Assembly (NCBI GenBank): GCA_024626585.2
Contig: JANKJI020000004.1
Span: 103,281,305 to 103,304,134, forward strand
Length of the DNA: 22,830 nucleotides
Origin: Ginkgo biloba
Taxonomy: Eukaryota; Plantae; Ginkgophyta
Direction: 5' to 3'
Shown here one piece after another: positions 21,700 to 22,830 of the stretch. The notes under the pieces are model-generated. The model was given only the letters and a program-made list of their open reading frames with translations, was not told the DNA's origin and made no database searches. Every line of letters starts with the position of its first letter. Position 1 is the stretch's first letter. The position numbers and the translations under genes are program-made.

Positions 21700-22830
21700 G
21701 AGTAGTTATTTTATTGAAATTTGGATAAATTTTATACTAGGAGTGGTGGTATTTATAATGAATATTCACAATATACATAATGCACAAGGGGTTTCACAAT
21801 TATTTTGCTTTCTATTTTATAGAATAGGAAAAAAAGTGTTATACAAAATAAGAAACATAGGGAAGATTATGATAGGAAAAACTTGGTATTAGGATCCATA
21901 GGGCCGAATAATCAAATTCTTGGCACTAATAACAGAGCAAGGTTAAATAACAAATGAGTATAGGAACAACACTTTGACAAACACTAAGAACCTTTTAATT
22001 ATGAATACCTTCTTAAGAGATTTTATAGTGGTATAAAGTGAGGCCCTTTGAGTAATTTTAACTTTACGAGGGATAAATAAAAGTACTATTTCACCATTAT
22101 AACATTGGAATCACCAGATTATTCCAAAAGAATAACATATCAAGATAGCTTATTTTTTATATTTAATCGAAGGACCTGAGGAACATGTAAAATAATATAA
22201 TACCTGATTGAATAATGGATTAAATTTATAATATAGATCACTATAGTAATTCTAAAAGTGAAAAGGTTACAAGTTTCACCCTTATTAAGTAACATAATGA
22301 GATCACCTTAGTTGATAGATCAATTCTTCAATATCATGAGTTATCTATATAGATGAATAATAGAGTAAAAGGAAGAAAAAATAATAGTCAAGAATGAATT
22401 CATTTCCATATATTTAAATCATTTTTATTTAGTAATATACTATTATTTATTTATATATGAGTATCAGAAGATAGCACTAAAAATAATTTTGACTAAAATT
22501 TTGAATCGTAGCACTCATCTAGAACTTAGATAATAACTTAATCAATGTAATAAGACAAAATGGATTAAAAAATAACTACCAATAATGACCAATATTCAGA
22601 TGAAAATAATTATTTACCATATTACAACTAATAAAGTAACACCTTTAATAGATATGTTTTATTAATCAACAAGTTTATAGGAGACATATGTATAAATTCA
22701 AATATTACAAAAATCATAATCCCATATAGGTTAATACACATCAAATACATAATAAAAATAATATGTTCATAGTCAATACCATAATGTGTCACTAAGGAAA
22801 CCTTTTACCAATCAATAATATGCGAGGACA
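21700..22830 (-). mobile_element. Decayed Ty1/Copia reverse transcriptase-RNase H remnant
   Basis: Minus strand: LVKGF...GIDYEHI (~22760-22812; cf. KARLVAKGF.Q..GIDY.ETF), LFIYIDN (22340-22360; cf. LLYVDD), then weak KQ and EY RNase H-like stretches toward ~21750, all in Copia order. Confidence 0.65.

Noticed and set aside
21608-21892. + strand 94-aa ORF with an integrase-like NAQGVSQLF stretch
   Set aside because: The opposite strand carries collinear Copia RT/RNase H motifs, so the resemblance is probably chance.
1-22830. CRISPR arrays, prokaryotic defence systems, tRNA/rRNA genes
   Set aside because: No repeat-spacer periodicity, operon structure or RNA-gene signatures were seen. Spliceosomal introns and retroelements show eukaryotic nuclear DNA.

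Overview
AT-rich plant nuclear genomic DNA from a gappy scaffold (about 15 N-runs, many being 100-N placeholders). Positions ~1-15.9 kb and ~21.7-22.8 kb are heavily decayed, CG-depleted retroelement remnants: L1 LINE pieces, Ty3/Gypsy gag-protease, RT/RNaseH and integrase fragments, a younger LTR with a decayed tRNA-Asp primer-binding site, and a Ty1/Copia RT-RNaseH remnant. Between them (~16-21.7 kb) is a CG-retaining genic island carrying an NPH3/RPT2-LIKE (NRL; BTB/POZ + NPH3 + coiled-coil) locus on the + strand, most similar by recalled motifs to the At1g03010/At5g48800 type. The locus has two tandem, diverged BTB modules with the same exon structure. Module A has a TATA promoter and exons 16944-16978, 17162-17228 and 17317 into the gap at 17862. 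Module B is a complete NRL ORF: putative 18006-18031, then 18236-18302, 18382-19659 and 19771-20328 (~642 aa). The gap hides whether this is two tandem genes, a BTB-only truncated paralog plus a full gene, or one double-BTB protein. No prokaryotic systems, CRISPR arrays or structural RNA genes are supported. Most short ORFs in the track are TE debris or gap-spanning artefacts.
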